Assembly: GCA_964493145.1 (NCBI GenBank)
Contig: CAZBMV010000002.1
Coordinates: 14,157-78,156, forward strand
Length of the DNA: 64,000 nucleotides
Reading direction: 5' to 3'
Origin: an uncultured Candidatus Saccharibacteria bacterium
GTDB lineage: Bacteria; Patescibacteriota; Minisyncoccia; Phycocordibacterales; UBA918
Shown: piece after piece, positions 40,919 to 49,763 of the stretch
Layout: every line of letters starts with the position of its first letter
Position numbering within the stretch: the stretch's first letter is position 1
Position numbers and translations under genes: made by a program
Notes under the pieces: model-generated
What the model was told of the DNA's origin: nothing
The model's input: the letters and a program-made list of their open reading frames with translations, nothing else
Database searches by the model: none

Positions 40919-41013
40919 GTGTCACTCCTTCAGCAACATTAAAAATATAAAGCATGCCTCAAGGTTCAATGTGGGTTTCCACTTCTTCTAAACATTGCAA
41001 GTGCGAACTGATA

Positions 41014-42042
41014 TCAAAACGTCGCAAAAATACGCTTCTCGCTTGAATCAATTCTCACGACTCCTCCGTAGGGCATTGGAATTTGCGGGTCAGTGTGACC
41101 GAAGTCAAGATTCTGTATAACCGGAATTTCAGTATTGTACTTTCTGACCGTTTTGAGAATTGTATCGCGTTGTCCTTGCCGGTACGCAATTTTTTCTTCA
41201 TCAGAGTGTGGCTTGTTGTATTCCCACGCCTTTGGCCGTCCGATAAGAACGCCTTTAATCGCACTCAGTATGCCTCGCTCACCGAACGCGCGAATAACTC
41301 GCATGACGTAGTCATGGGAAGGAATTTCTTCTGACGACTCAAGCATAAGAACAATATCCTTAAATTGTTCATGTGTTGGAATCGATACACCATGACGAAA
41401 CATTTCATCAACTGATTCAATGCAACCACCCCAGAGAATGCCTTGTGCATTTTCTATACCATCCCAGTACCATCCTTCATTACCACAATGCGTCCGACGT
41501 TTGTTGGTGTTTTCAACATCATTCCAGTCAAGTCCTTGGTCATTGTATGTTGATGATGCTTTCAACTCAAATTCACCCTCATCAAACAGTGCGTGTTTAA
41601 TGTACTCAATGGTGAATGCATCCATTTCTCCTTGCATGGCAAACTGCGTAAAAAGGGAAGCACCGTAGTATGAGGGAATGCCGTTAAGAAATAAAAAGTT
41701 TTCAAAGTGAGAATTGTCACTATACCCCAGAAATGGCTTCGGGTTTTTTATAAATGGATCAACAGGAAGATTTTTTACATATGTAACTTGATCATCGCCA
41801 CCGAGTGATGCAATCACTCCTCTGATTGCAGAGTTTTCAAACGCACTGATAAGGTCTCGCGTACGTTCCTCAGTAGACGCACCGACTAATTTTGTGGTAG
41901 GAAACTCAATCGGCTCAAGCTCAAATACTTCACGAACCCTTTTCAATCCGAGTTCATACATATGTGGCCATACGCCTGGCGCCGCAAAAGATGGAGAGAG
42001 AATGGCAATCTTATCTCCTTTTTTTAATTTTGATAATTTCAT
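41014..42042 (-). CDS. S66 peptidase (LD-carboxypeptidase/MccF family)
   Basis: LKKGDKIAILSPS, GGDD, GYSDN, LESSEE, DFGHTDP. Confidence 0.92.
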   Translation of the reverse strand: MKLSKLKKGDKIAILSPSFAAPGVWPHMYELGLKRVREVFELEPIEFPTTKLVGASTEERTRDLISAFENSAIRGVIASLGGDDQVTYVKNLPVDPFIKNPKPFLGYSDNSHFENFLFLNGIPSYYGASLFTQFAMQGEMDAFTIEYIKHALFDEGEFELKASSTYNDQGLDWNDVENTNKRRTHCGNEGWYWDGIENAQGILWGGCIESVDEMFRHGVSIPTHEQFKDIVLMLESSEEIPSHDYVMRVIRAFGERGILSAIKGVLIGRPKAWEYNKPHSDEEKIAYRQGQRDTILKTVRKYNTEIPVIQNLDFGHTDPQIPMPYGGVVRIDSSEKRIFATF

Positions 42043-42147
42043 ATTTAAAAATGATACAGTATTTGCTTTAAAAAATACAAAAATGGTCACTGAAATAAAG
42101 AACTGAATGTAAGGGGTACATTTCAGAACCTTGAGCAGTTTCAGTGA

Positions 42148-42216
42148 GCGGAGAGTGAAGGCGAAGGGAAGGGCTCACGGTTCATTGTGGAGTTTCCACT
42201 CGTGGTGGGGAAATAG
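42148..42216 (+). repeat. Orphan copy of the histidine kinase 3' end
   Basis: Encodes AESEGEGKGSRFIVEFPLVVGK*; 42169-42200 is identical to 38780-38811 (32 bp). Confidence 0.85.
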
Positions 42217-42227
42217 GACACATATTT

Positions 42228-42271
42228 ATTCAGTAATTCAGTATTGCAGAATTACTGAATTTTGCTATACT
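42228..42271 (+). promoter_or_regulatory. TA promoter with inverted-repeat operator
   Basis: attcagtaatt...aattactgaat; TTGCAG-16-TATACT with extended TG. Confidence 0.7.
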
Positions 42272-42277
42272 GGTTTC

Positions 42278-42535
42278 ATGAATACAATCAAACTCAATCA
42301 ACGTGGTGTGCTCACACTCCCAAAAAATATTCGTGATACATTTGGTCTCAAGGCGGGTGAGATTCTCGTTGTTTCAAAAGAAGACAATAAAATTGTGCTT
42401 GAACGCCAGCAATCTGACAAGGAACTTCTCCGTAGTATTCAGCACTCGCTTAACGATATTAAGCACGGAAGGTTTATTGAATTCGGCTCAATTAGCGAGT
42501 TTAAGAAAAAACTAAAAGCATATGATGCGAATTAG
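42278..42535 (+). CDS. AbrB/MazE-type antitoxin
   Basis: KLNQRGVLTLPKNIRDTFGLKAGE. Confidence 0.85.
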   Translation: MNTIKLNQRGVLTLPKNIRDTFGLKAGEILVVSKEDNKIVLERQQSDKELLRSIQHSLNDIKHGRFIEFGSISEFKKKLKAYDAN

Positions 42536-42770
42536 AATTTCTGAAACCGCACTCAAGCAGTACAACAAACTTCCCACAGCACTCAAGCAAAAGGCAAACA
42601 AACAGTTTGAATATCTCCTCTCAGACGTTCGTCACCCTTCTCTACACGCAAAAAAGTACAAGGAGTCCGACGATCTTTGGCAGGCAAGCATTGATAAGAA
42701 TTGGCGTTTTTATTTTTTCATTGTGTCACCAGAGTACATTATCGTTTCAGTCATTAGGCATCCGAAGTAG
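42525..42770 (+). CDS. RelE/ParE-like toxin
   Basis: KQY.KLP, HPSLHAKK, W.A.I...WRFYF; overlaps the antitoxin. Confidence 0.8.
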   Translation: MRIRISETALKQYNKLPTALKQKANKQFEYLLSDVRHPSLHAKKYKESDDLWQASIDKNWRFYFFIVSPEYIIVSVIRHPK

Positions 42771-43022
42771 CATGCATTTAAAAACACCCTTACTCAATAT
42801 TGCGTATTCAAAAAATGCTGAAATTGAGCGTGTGAAATACACCTACAAGAAACTAGATTGGTACCGTATGGCGGTATGGAGAAAATTATTAAAAAATTGG
42901 CTCAAAATAGGCCTTGAAAGTATATAGACGTGTTTTAAAATTTGTGATATAATCTTGGTCAATTAGTTGTTTCTAGTTTTTTGATTATTTCTTGCCCGGA
43001 GAGCCGGGAGAAAGGATAGAAA

Positions 43023-43799
43023 GTGAGAAATATTCTCATTTCACTGATGTTCGCTCTCGTCTCCTTTGGAGCGTGTGCGAGTACCTCGTCGAACGACGTG
43101 CCGAAAGGCATGTATCCCATTACTTGGGATAGGTCGTTAGCAACCCCTCCGGCAATGACTGCGGAAGAGCTCACGAAGGCGGAGGAGGAACTTCTGCCCG
43201 AGAACGTGGGGAAGACCCACGTCGCTTATGCGAGCGACTATGGTCAGAAGTATGAGGGTGGAGCGGTGGACGAATTTCAACCCTATGCGGAGGTGCAACT
43301 GACCTACCGCAATGGAAGGAATAGCCAGCGTGACCTCTTCGGTCGTCAGGTGTATCTGGAAAATCCCCTTGGGGATTCTGGCTACTCCGTGTGGGCTTCG
43401 GCCTACAAAGATCAGGAGTTTAAGTCAGCATATGTCGGTCTTGCTCTCAAAGAGGGCAACTGGCAGTTCGGCCTCGGTCTCGGCTCCGCCTGGTACGATG
43501 ACAGAAGGAGAAATGCTATCACCCCGTGGGTGTATTATTCGTCCGCGGAATACGTTGGCCTCTTCATTGCCGAACGCTACCTGGGAGACCATGAGGATCC
43601 TTGGTTCTACAAGGGATACTTCCAGAAAAAAATTGGCTCCTTTGGAATTGGCGTCTATGGTGAAAAAGGGGCTGGTATCGGTCCGATGTTGAGTTACAAT
43701 ATCACCAAGTCGGTCAAGGTGTGGGGAGCCGCACCTGTCGCAAAGAAACCGTCCGACGGTGGATTCAGTTTTATCTTCGGACTGAATGTAGAGTTCTGA
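43023..43799 (+). CDS. Secreted protein with beta-barrel-like sequence pattern
   Basis: Signal peptide, Gly/aromatic-rich alternating strands, ends FSFIFGLNVEF. Confidence 0.65.
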   Translation: MRNILISLMFALVSFGACASTSSNDVPKGMYPITWDRSLATPPAMTAEELTKAEEELLPENVGKTHVAYASDYGQKYEGGAVDEFQPYAEVQLTYRNGRNSQRDLFGRQVYLENPLGDSGYSVWASAYKDQEFKSAYVGLALKEGNWQFGLGLGSAWYDDRRRNAITPWVYYSSAEYVGLFIAERYLGDHEDPWFYKGYFQKKIGSFGIGVYGEKGAGIGPMLSYNITKSVKVWGAAPVAKKPSDGGFSFIFGLNVEF

Positions 43800-43974
43800 G
43801 TTACTGCGGGGAGCAGTTTGCAGGAGCGCACGATGTGCCTCCTGCTTTTTTATTATTAGTACAGTATTTGGTACACATACGATAGAGATTAACGGAGGTC
43901 CGGCTTCCGTTACCATTGTTTTGAGGAAATACTTCTGCCTTTTGCTCTTTGCGTTGATTTGGTACTATTTCCGT

Positions 43975-44919
43975 ATGAACAAAAAACGACTATTTACGGG
44001 GTTGCAACCATCGGGTGCACTTCACATTGGAAATTATTTTGGTGCGCTTAAGCCATTCAGAGACGCCTCGGGTGAGTATGAGAGTTTTCTCATGATTGCA
44101 AATCTCCACGCACTCACGACAATGCGCGATGGGAACGCGCTCCGAGAAAATACATACAATGTCGTGCGCGATTACCTCGCCGCAGGAATTGACCCGAAAG
44201 AGGTAACCATCTTTTTGCAATCGGATGTCCCTCAGCACACCGAACTCGCGTGGGTCTTTGAGTGTCTCGTCACGGTGCCTTTCCTCATGCAGGCGCACGC
44301 GTATAAGGATAAAGTCGCGAAGGGACTTGAGGCGAACGCCGGTCTCTTCAACTATCCGATGCTCATGGCGGCGGACATCCTTCTCTACAATGCAGATGTG
44401 GTGCCTGTCGGCGAAGACCAGCGTCAGCACGTTGAGTATGCGCGTGAAGCGGCAACGAAGTTTAACAATGCGTACGGTGAGACCTTTACCACACCACAGG
44501 AACTCATTTTGAAGAGCGTCGGCATTGTGCCGGGGACTGATGGTCAGAAGATGAGCAAGAGTTACAAAAACACCGTACCGCTTTTTGGAACAAAGGATGA
44601 AATAGCGAAGGCGGTGATGAGTATTGTTACCGACTCCGCGGGTGAACGGCCTGAGAACGTATGCGCAATTCACAAACTCTTTAGAGATGAAGAAAGCTTG
44701 GAGGTACTCTACGCAGAAAACGCAGGAAAGTACAAAAATCTCAAAGACGCACTCATTGAAGACATTGAGACAGTGGTCGCACCAATGCGAGAAAAGAGAG
44801 AGGGTATAACAGATGAGGATGTACGCGGAGTCCTCAGTAACGGAGCGGAACGAGCACACGCAATTGCATCAAAAACAATGCGCGACATCCGAGAGAAAAT
44901 TGGCATTTCGCTCCACTAA
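43975..44919 (+). CDS. trpS: Tryptophan--tRNA ligase
   Basis: QPSGALHIGNY, YPMLMAADILLY, VPVGEDQRQH, KMSKS. Confidence 0.98.
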   Translation: MNKKRLFTGLQPSGALHIGNYFGALKPFRDASGEYESFLMIANLHALTTMRDGNALRENTYNVVRDYLAAGIDPKEVTIFLQSDVPQHTELAWVFECLVTVPFLMQAHAYKDKVAKGLEANAGLFNYPMLMAADILLYNADVVPVGEDQRQHVEYAREAATKFNNAYGETFTTPQELILKSVGIVPGTDGQKMSKSYKNTVPLFGTKDEIAKAVMSIVTDSAGERPENVCAIHKLFRDEESLEVLYAENAGKYKNLKDALIEDIETVVAPMREKREGITDEDVRGVLSNGAERAHAIASKTMRDIREKIGISLH

Positions 44920-45000
44920 CAAGTCGCCTAGGGTCACCCTAGGCAGACGTGCAAAACAAAAGTCCTGTGCGCACAGGACTTTTAAAGTTGTTTCATTTTT

Positions 45001-45135
45001 CTATTCAATGCAACTCAGGATGTCAGTAAGACACCCAGTCGTCGCTTCAAACGCATACCCAATCATGAGAACTGCTGCGATTGAATACACCACCTCCACC
45101 CAGTTGCGTTTCATTGCTTCCTTGAGCGCGTCCAT
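45001..45135 (-). CDS. 44-aa single-TM small protein (absent from the ORF track)
   Basis: MDALKEAMKRNWVEVVYSIAAVLMIGYAFEATTGCLTDILSCIE; SD AAGGAGGTGA; TATAAT upstream; hairpin terminator at ~44958-44983. Confidence 0.6.
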   Translation of the reverse strand: MDALKEAMKRNWVEVVYSIAAVLMIGYAFEATTGCLTDILSCIE

Positions 45136-45277
45136 TTTTCACCTCCTTATATGAGCAACACAACTCCGTTAGTTATTATACGGTACACACGGTACGACAC
45201 TTCACTTTTTAAACAGGTCGGTCCTGTTTATTTGTCTATTTTCTTGACGTTTTGGTGATACACGGTACTCTGTATGT

Positions 45278-45470
45278 AACCAATGACGCAGCTGACACCT
45301 GCCGAGGAGTGGAGGAATTAAAAGCGTCCTGCACCATTTTGCGAAGCAAAATGGTGCAGGGAAGTAGGGTGGCACCGCGGTTCGCATGAGCGACGTCCGA
45401 CGTCGTTCATGTATCGCCCCTATAGATATATTATTCGTATAATTTATCTGGAGGGGCGTTTTGTTTCTCC
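45278..45470 (+). promoter_or_regulatory. T-box riboswitch leader of aspS
   Basis: T-box agggTGGcACCgcg (45366-45379), 3' partner tcgcccct, alternative terminator cgcccct...aggggcg-ttttgttt. Confidence 0.8.
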
Positions 45471-45481
45471 ATACATTATTT

Positions 45482-46828
45482 ATGACTCGCATACTCATCA
45501 AAGATTTGAAAGAGCACCTTGAAAAGGAAGTTCTCATTCAGGGGCACATCAATGTCGTTCGTAATCAGGGTAAGGTTGCCTTTTTTGACTTCAGAGACCG
45601 AACGAGCATCGTTCAGGGTGTCATCTTTGGGAAGCCCGATGTTCTTGAATCTGCAAAAGACCTTCGCCAGGAGTCACCAGTTAGCGTACATGGCATTGTG
45701 CACGCGCGTTCCGAAAAAATGGTGAACCCCAATGTTGAAAACGGCGACATTGAACTTGAGATACTGAGCATCACCGCGCTCTCGGCAACTGAAGCGCTTC
45801 CGTTTGACCTCGCATCAGACATCTCCATTGAGACACTCCTTGATTACCGTCCGCTCACACTCCGCCGTCCCCGGGAGCGCGCCATATTTAAGGTACAGCA
45901 CACCATCGTCTCGGCGTATCGTGCATTCCTCGTGAGTGAGGGATTCACGGAGTTTCAGGCGCCAAAGCTTGTCGGTGGAGACGCAGAGGGCGGTGCGGAG
46001 GTATTTGAGGTGAAGTACTTCAACGACGAACGTGCGTACCTCGCGACGAGCCCGCAACTCTACAAGCAGATTATGGTCGGCGTCTTCGAGCGTGTCTTTT
46101 CAGCCGGCGCGACCTTCCGCGCAGAGAAGAGTGCGACGACGAGGCACCTGAGTGAAATCACCATGCTCGATCTTGAGATGGGATTTATCAGTGACCACAC
46201 CGATGTCATTCTGCTCGTCACCAAACTCATGCGTGCGATTACCGATGCCGTTGCGACAGAGTGCGCACGCGAACTTACGCTCCTCGGTATGCAATCACCA
46301 CTCGCACCGGAAACATTTCCCACAATGACGCTCCGGGAGGCGCAAGAACTCATTAAGAGCGAAACAGGGGTAGATAAGACGAGCGAGCCGGACCTTGAGC
46401 CGGAGGACGAACGTTTTCTCTGCGAGTACGCGGCAAAAAATCTCGGCTCCGACTTCGTCTTCGTGACGCACTTCCCAACGAAAAAGCGTCCCTTTTACAC
46501 GCACGTTGACCCTGAGAATCCGGAGTACACGCGCAGTTTTGACCTCCTCTTCCGCGGTCTTGAGATGTGCTCGGGAGGACAGCGCGTACACGAGTACGAG
46601 ATGCTCAAGTCGCGCATCGCCGAGAAGGGGCTTGATCCGGAAAAGTTTGGCTTTTACCTGCAAGCGTTCAAGTACGGCATTCCACCGCACGGGGGCATCG
46701 GCATGGGTCTTGAGCGCCTCACTGCGAAGTTCTGTGGTGTCGCGAATGTGAAGGAGGCGACCCTCTTCCCACGTGATATTCATCGCATAGACACACTCCT
46801 CTCTAAGCACGACGAACATGAAAATTAA
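45482..46828 (+). CDS. aspS: Aspartate--tRNA ligase, short archaeal-like (probably non-discriminating)
   Basis: OB fold, EGGAEVF, YLATSPQLYKQ, FRAEKS.T.RHL.E, SGGQR, PPHGGIGMGLER. Confidence 0.93.
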   Translation: MTRILIKDLKEHLEKEVLIQGHINVVRNQGKVAFFDFRDRTSIVQGVIFGKPDVLESAKDLRQESPVSVHGIVHARSEKMVNPNVENGDIELEILSITALSATEALPFDLASDISIETLLDYRPLTLRRPRERAIFKVQHTIVSAYRAFLVSEGFTEFQAPKLVGGDAEGGAEVFEVKYFNDERAYLATSPQLYKQIMVGVFERVFSAGATFRAEKSATTRHLSEITMLDLEMGFISDHTDVILLVTKLMRAITDAVATECARELTLLGMQSPLAPETFPTMTLREAQELIKSETGVDKTSEPDLEPEDERFLCEYAAKNLGSDFVFVTHFPTKKRPFYTHVDPENPEYTRSFDLLFRGLEMCSGGQRVHEYEMLKSRIAEKGLDPEKFGFYLQAFKYGIPPHGGIGMGLERLTAKFCGVANVKEATLFPRDIHRIDTLLSKHDEHEN

Positions 46829-48194
46829 CGTTGCGCGCACAGCAAAAAGGGACTACACGCACATTTCATTCATTGAGAAAGGTGTTGAGCGATTTATTGA
46901 AAAGGGTGATGCGACGACGCTCCTCATACCATCGGGAAAAATTTCAAAGGTGACTCCCCGTACGCTCCGCACGTTGGTGCGAGGTGTTGTACAGAGCGCA
47001 AAGAAGTACAAACTTGCGAACATTGCACTTATGCTCAACTACGCTGATTTCACAAAGTGCCACGAGTACGACGAGCAGTGGTTTTTTGCCACTGTCGCGG
47101 AAAACCTCATCCTCGCAGATTACGAACACACCGCGTACAAGAGCAAGAAGGCAACGTACACACTTGAAGAGGTAACGCTCGTGGTGAAAAATGAAACGGC
47201 GGTGCGCGATTTTATTGCTCACGGCATTACACTTGCGACGTACACAAATCTTTGTCGTGATCTTGGAAACATTTCGGGGAGTGACATGACCCCACAGATA
47301 CTCGCGACACGAACGAAAGACATCTTCAAAGGCACAAAGGTGGGGGTGACGGTTTTTGATGAGAAGAAAATGGCATCGCTCGGCATGGGTGGTGTACTCG
47401 GCATAGGAAAAGGATCAAAGCACAAGCCACGATTCATTGTCGTGGAGTACAAGGGTGGTAAAAAAGGTGAGAAGCCGATTGTCTTCGTGGGGAAGGGGGT
47501 TACGTTTGATATGGGTGGGCTTCAGATTAAGCCGGGGATGTCCATGTACGAAATGCACATGGACATGCTCGGTGGCGCGGCGGTCATTGCGGCGATTCGC
47601 GCCATTGCATCACTCAAGCTCAAGAAGAACATTGTCGGACTCATTCCCGCGGTTGAAAATGGTGTCGGAGAAGATGCAATTCGCCCAGGGGATGTACTCA
47701 CGACACTCTCGGGAACGACCGTGGAAGTCCTCCACACCGATGCCGAGGGACGAATCATTCTCGCAGATGCGCTCCACTACGCACGGAAGTACGACCCTGC
47801 GCTCGTCATTGACGTTGCAACACTCACCGGAGCATCACTCATAGCGGTGGGGCAACACGCGAGTGTCATCATGACAAAGAATCGCGCACTTGAGGACACC
47901 CTTCGCAATCTCGGAGAAGAATCAGGTGACTATGTCGCACCGCTTCCGCTCTGGGATGAGTATATGCAGTACACAAAAGGTACTTATGCCGATATCACGA
48001 ACGTCCCAACAGGCGACTCACGAAACGGGGGAACGATTAACGCGGGAATGTTCCTCGCACACTTCACCAAAAAGATGCGCTGGGTACACATAGACATGGC
48101 GCCACGCATGACCTCGGTCCCCTCGGACAAGCTTGCGAAGGGAGCAACGGGGGAACCGACGCGACTACTCGTAAAAATCGCCGAGAAACTCTAA
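46818..48194 (+). CDS. pepA: M17 leucyl aminopeptidase
   Basis: VGKGVTFD.GG..K, DM.G, TDAEGRIILAD, ATLTG. Confidence 0.95.
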   Translation: MKINVARTAKRDYTHISFIEKGVERFIEKGDATTLLIPSGKISKVTPRTLRTLVRGVVQSAKKYKLANIALMLNYADFTKCHEYDEQWFFATVAENLILADYEHTAYKSKKATYTLEEVTLVVKNETAVRDFIAHGITLATYTNLCRDLGNISGSDMTPQILATRTKDIFKGTKVGVTVFDEKKMASLGMGGVLGIGKGSKHKPRFIVVEYKGGKKGEKPIVFVGKGVTFDMGGLQIKPGMSMYEMHMDMLGGAAVIAAIRAIASLKLKKNIVGLIPAVENGVGEDAIRPGDVLTTLSGTTVEVLHTDAEGRIILADALHYARKYDPALVIDVATLTGASLIAVGQHASVIMTKNRALEDTLRNLGEESGDYVAPLPLWDEYMQYTKGTYADITNVPTGDSRNGGTINAGMFLAHFTKKMRWVHIDMAPRMTSVPSDKLAKGATGEPTRLLVKIAEKL

Positions 48195-48394
48195 ATTTAT
48201 ATATGTCTGCGTGGATAGCGACGTACGTGCCTATAGGCGCACGTGGTAAGATACATACGTGGATCCCATTCATAATTTATGTGAGTGGGTGTATCGTAAA
48301 ATTGCACTATGGCACACGGCAATAGTAACGTGCCTTAATGCAGCGCAAGAGCATTATGAACGGGACAGGTGTAGAGCAAACCCCACATGTTCAA

Positions 48395-49120
48395 ATGAGC
48401 GGTTTCAGTGTGCAAACCGACGTCTATTCAGGGCCTTTGGACTTGCTCATTGATCTCATTGAAAAACGGAAACTTCTCGTAAACGACATCTCACTCACTG
48501 CCGTCACCGATGACTACATGGCATACGTTGCGCGGTTTGAAAAGAATCCGCTTCGTGAAATGGCGGATTTTATTGTGCTCGCCTCAACACTCCTCCTCCT
48601 TAAATCCAAATCACTCCTTCCGGTACTTGAACTCACCGAGCAGGAGGAAGAGACACTTGAATCACTTGAGAAGCGTCTCCGCTACTATCAAATATTCAGG
48701 AATGCAGGAAAGGTTGTTGAAACAATTTTCGCAGAAAAACCGGCGTACGAGCGCCGTTTCATTCCCGACAAAAATCCTCTGTTTGTTACTGACAGGTACA
48801 CCGATCTTTCAGCACTCCACATTGCAATGACAGACGTGCTCCACAATCTTCCAAAGAAGGTTGCAAAGCCAAAGGTACAGGTGAGAACGGTCGTCTCACT
48901 GGAAACCATGATAGACCGACTCAAAGAGCGCATTGAGCGACAAATCTCCTGCAAATTTAAGGACTTCACAGGAAACGCAACAGAGCGGACAACAATTATT
49001 GTCGGATTTCTCGCGGTACTTGAGATGGTTAAGCAGGGAACTATTCTCGTGCGACAATCGTCGCACTTTTGTGACATTGAAATTGAACGTGAGGGAAATA
49101 CTACACCACGCTATCAGTAA
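48395..49120 (+). CDS. scpA: Segregation/condensation protein A
   Basis: GPLDLL..LI, F..LAS.LL.LKSK.LLP, FLAVLEMVK. Confidence 0.93.
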   Translation: MSGFSVQTDVYSGPLDLLIDLIEKRKLLVNDISLTAVTDDYMAYVARFEKNPLREMADFIVLASTLLLLKSKSLLPVLELTEQEEETLESLEKRLRYYQIFRNAGKVVETIFAEKPAYERRFIPDKNPLFVTDRYTDLSALHIAMTDVLHNLPKKVAKPKVQVRTVVSLETMIDRLKERIERQISCKFKDFTGNATERTTIIVGFLAVLEMVKQGTILVRQSSHFCDIEIEREGNTTPRYQ

Positions 49121-49195
49121 ATTTCAAGTGTTTTTATTCCCACATTAAGGAGAAATAGCGCGTATTTCTTGATGATTTTTTGATATACTGTACCT

Positions 49196-49759
49196 ATGGA
49201 ACTTGAGCAACGCATTGAGGCTGTTTTGTTTTACAAAACTGAACCCGTACGAAAAGACGAGCTGGAAAGGATTTTCGGCGTAACTCCCGACGTACTCAAC
49301 AGTGCTCTTGAATCGCTGCGAATTGCACTCGGCAACCGTGGTATTCGCCTCACCGCAACCGATACCACCGTACAACTCGTGACCGCACCGGAGGTGAGCG
49401 ACCTCATTGAACAGGTGCGGAAAGAGGAACTCCGAGGAGATATAGGCAAAGCGGGAGCCGAGACGCTCGCCATTATCCTGTACCGCGGACCACTCTCGCG
49501 CGTTGAGATAGATCGCGTTCGTGGCGTGAACTCAACATTCATACTCAGGAACCTCCTCATTCGCGGTCTCATTGAAAGACGCCCACACCCAACTGACGCG
49601 CGCTCATACACGTACGCCATTACGACAACACTTCTCAACCACCTCGGTGTTCAGTCACGAGAATCTCTCCCCGAGTGGAGCGATGTCATGAATGCACTTG
49701 ATGCATTTGAGCGTGAAAATGTTGAAGTAGACGAAACGACGCAACCGGAAACACCATAA
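49196..49759 (+). CDS. scpB: Segregation/condensation protein B
   Basis: IEAVLF, ETLAIILYRGP, I..VRGVNS. Confidence 0.93.
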   Translation: MELEQRIEAVLFYKTEPVRKDELERIFGVTPDVLNSALESLRIALGNRGIRLTATDTTVQLVTAPEVSDLIEQVRKEELRGDIGKAGAETLAIILYRGPLSRVEIDRVRGVNSTFILRNLLIRGLIERRPHPTDARSYTYAITTTLLNHLGVQSRESLPEWSDVMNALDAFERENVEVDETTQPETP

Positions 49760-49763
49760 ACGT

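Noticed and set aside
42131-42277. N-terminal extension of the AbrB antitoxin ORF
   Set aside because: It crosses the kinase-tail remnant and the TA promoter; the likely start is ATG 42278.
32600-43000. Integron cassette array or IS-bounded island
   Set aside because: No integrase or transposase, and no recurring attC-like or terminal inverted repeats were recognised by eye.
43990-44859. 289-aa minus-strand ORF and many similar overlapping ORFs in the track
   Set aside because: These are antisense or alternate-frame shadows of well-supported genes and have no recognisable motifs.
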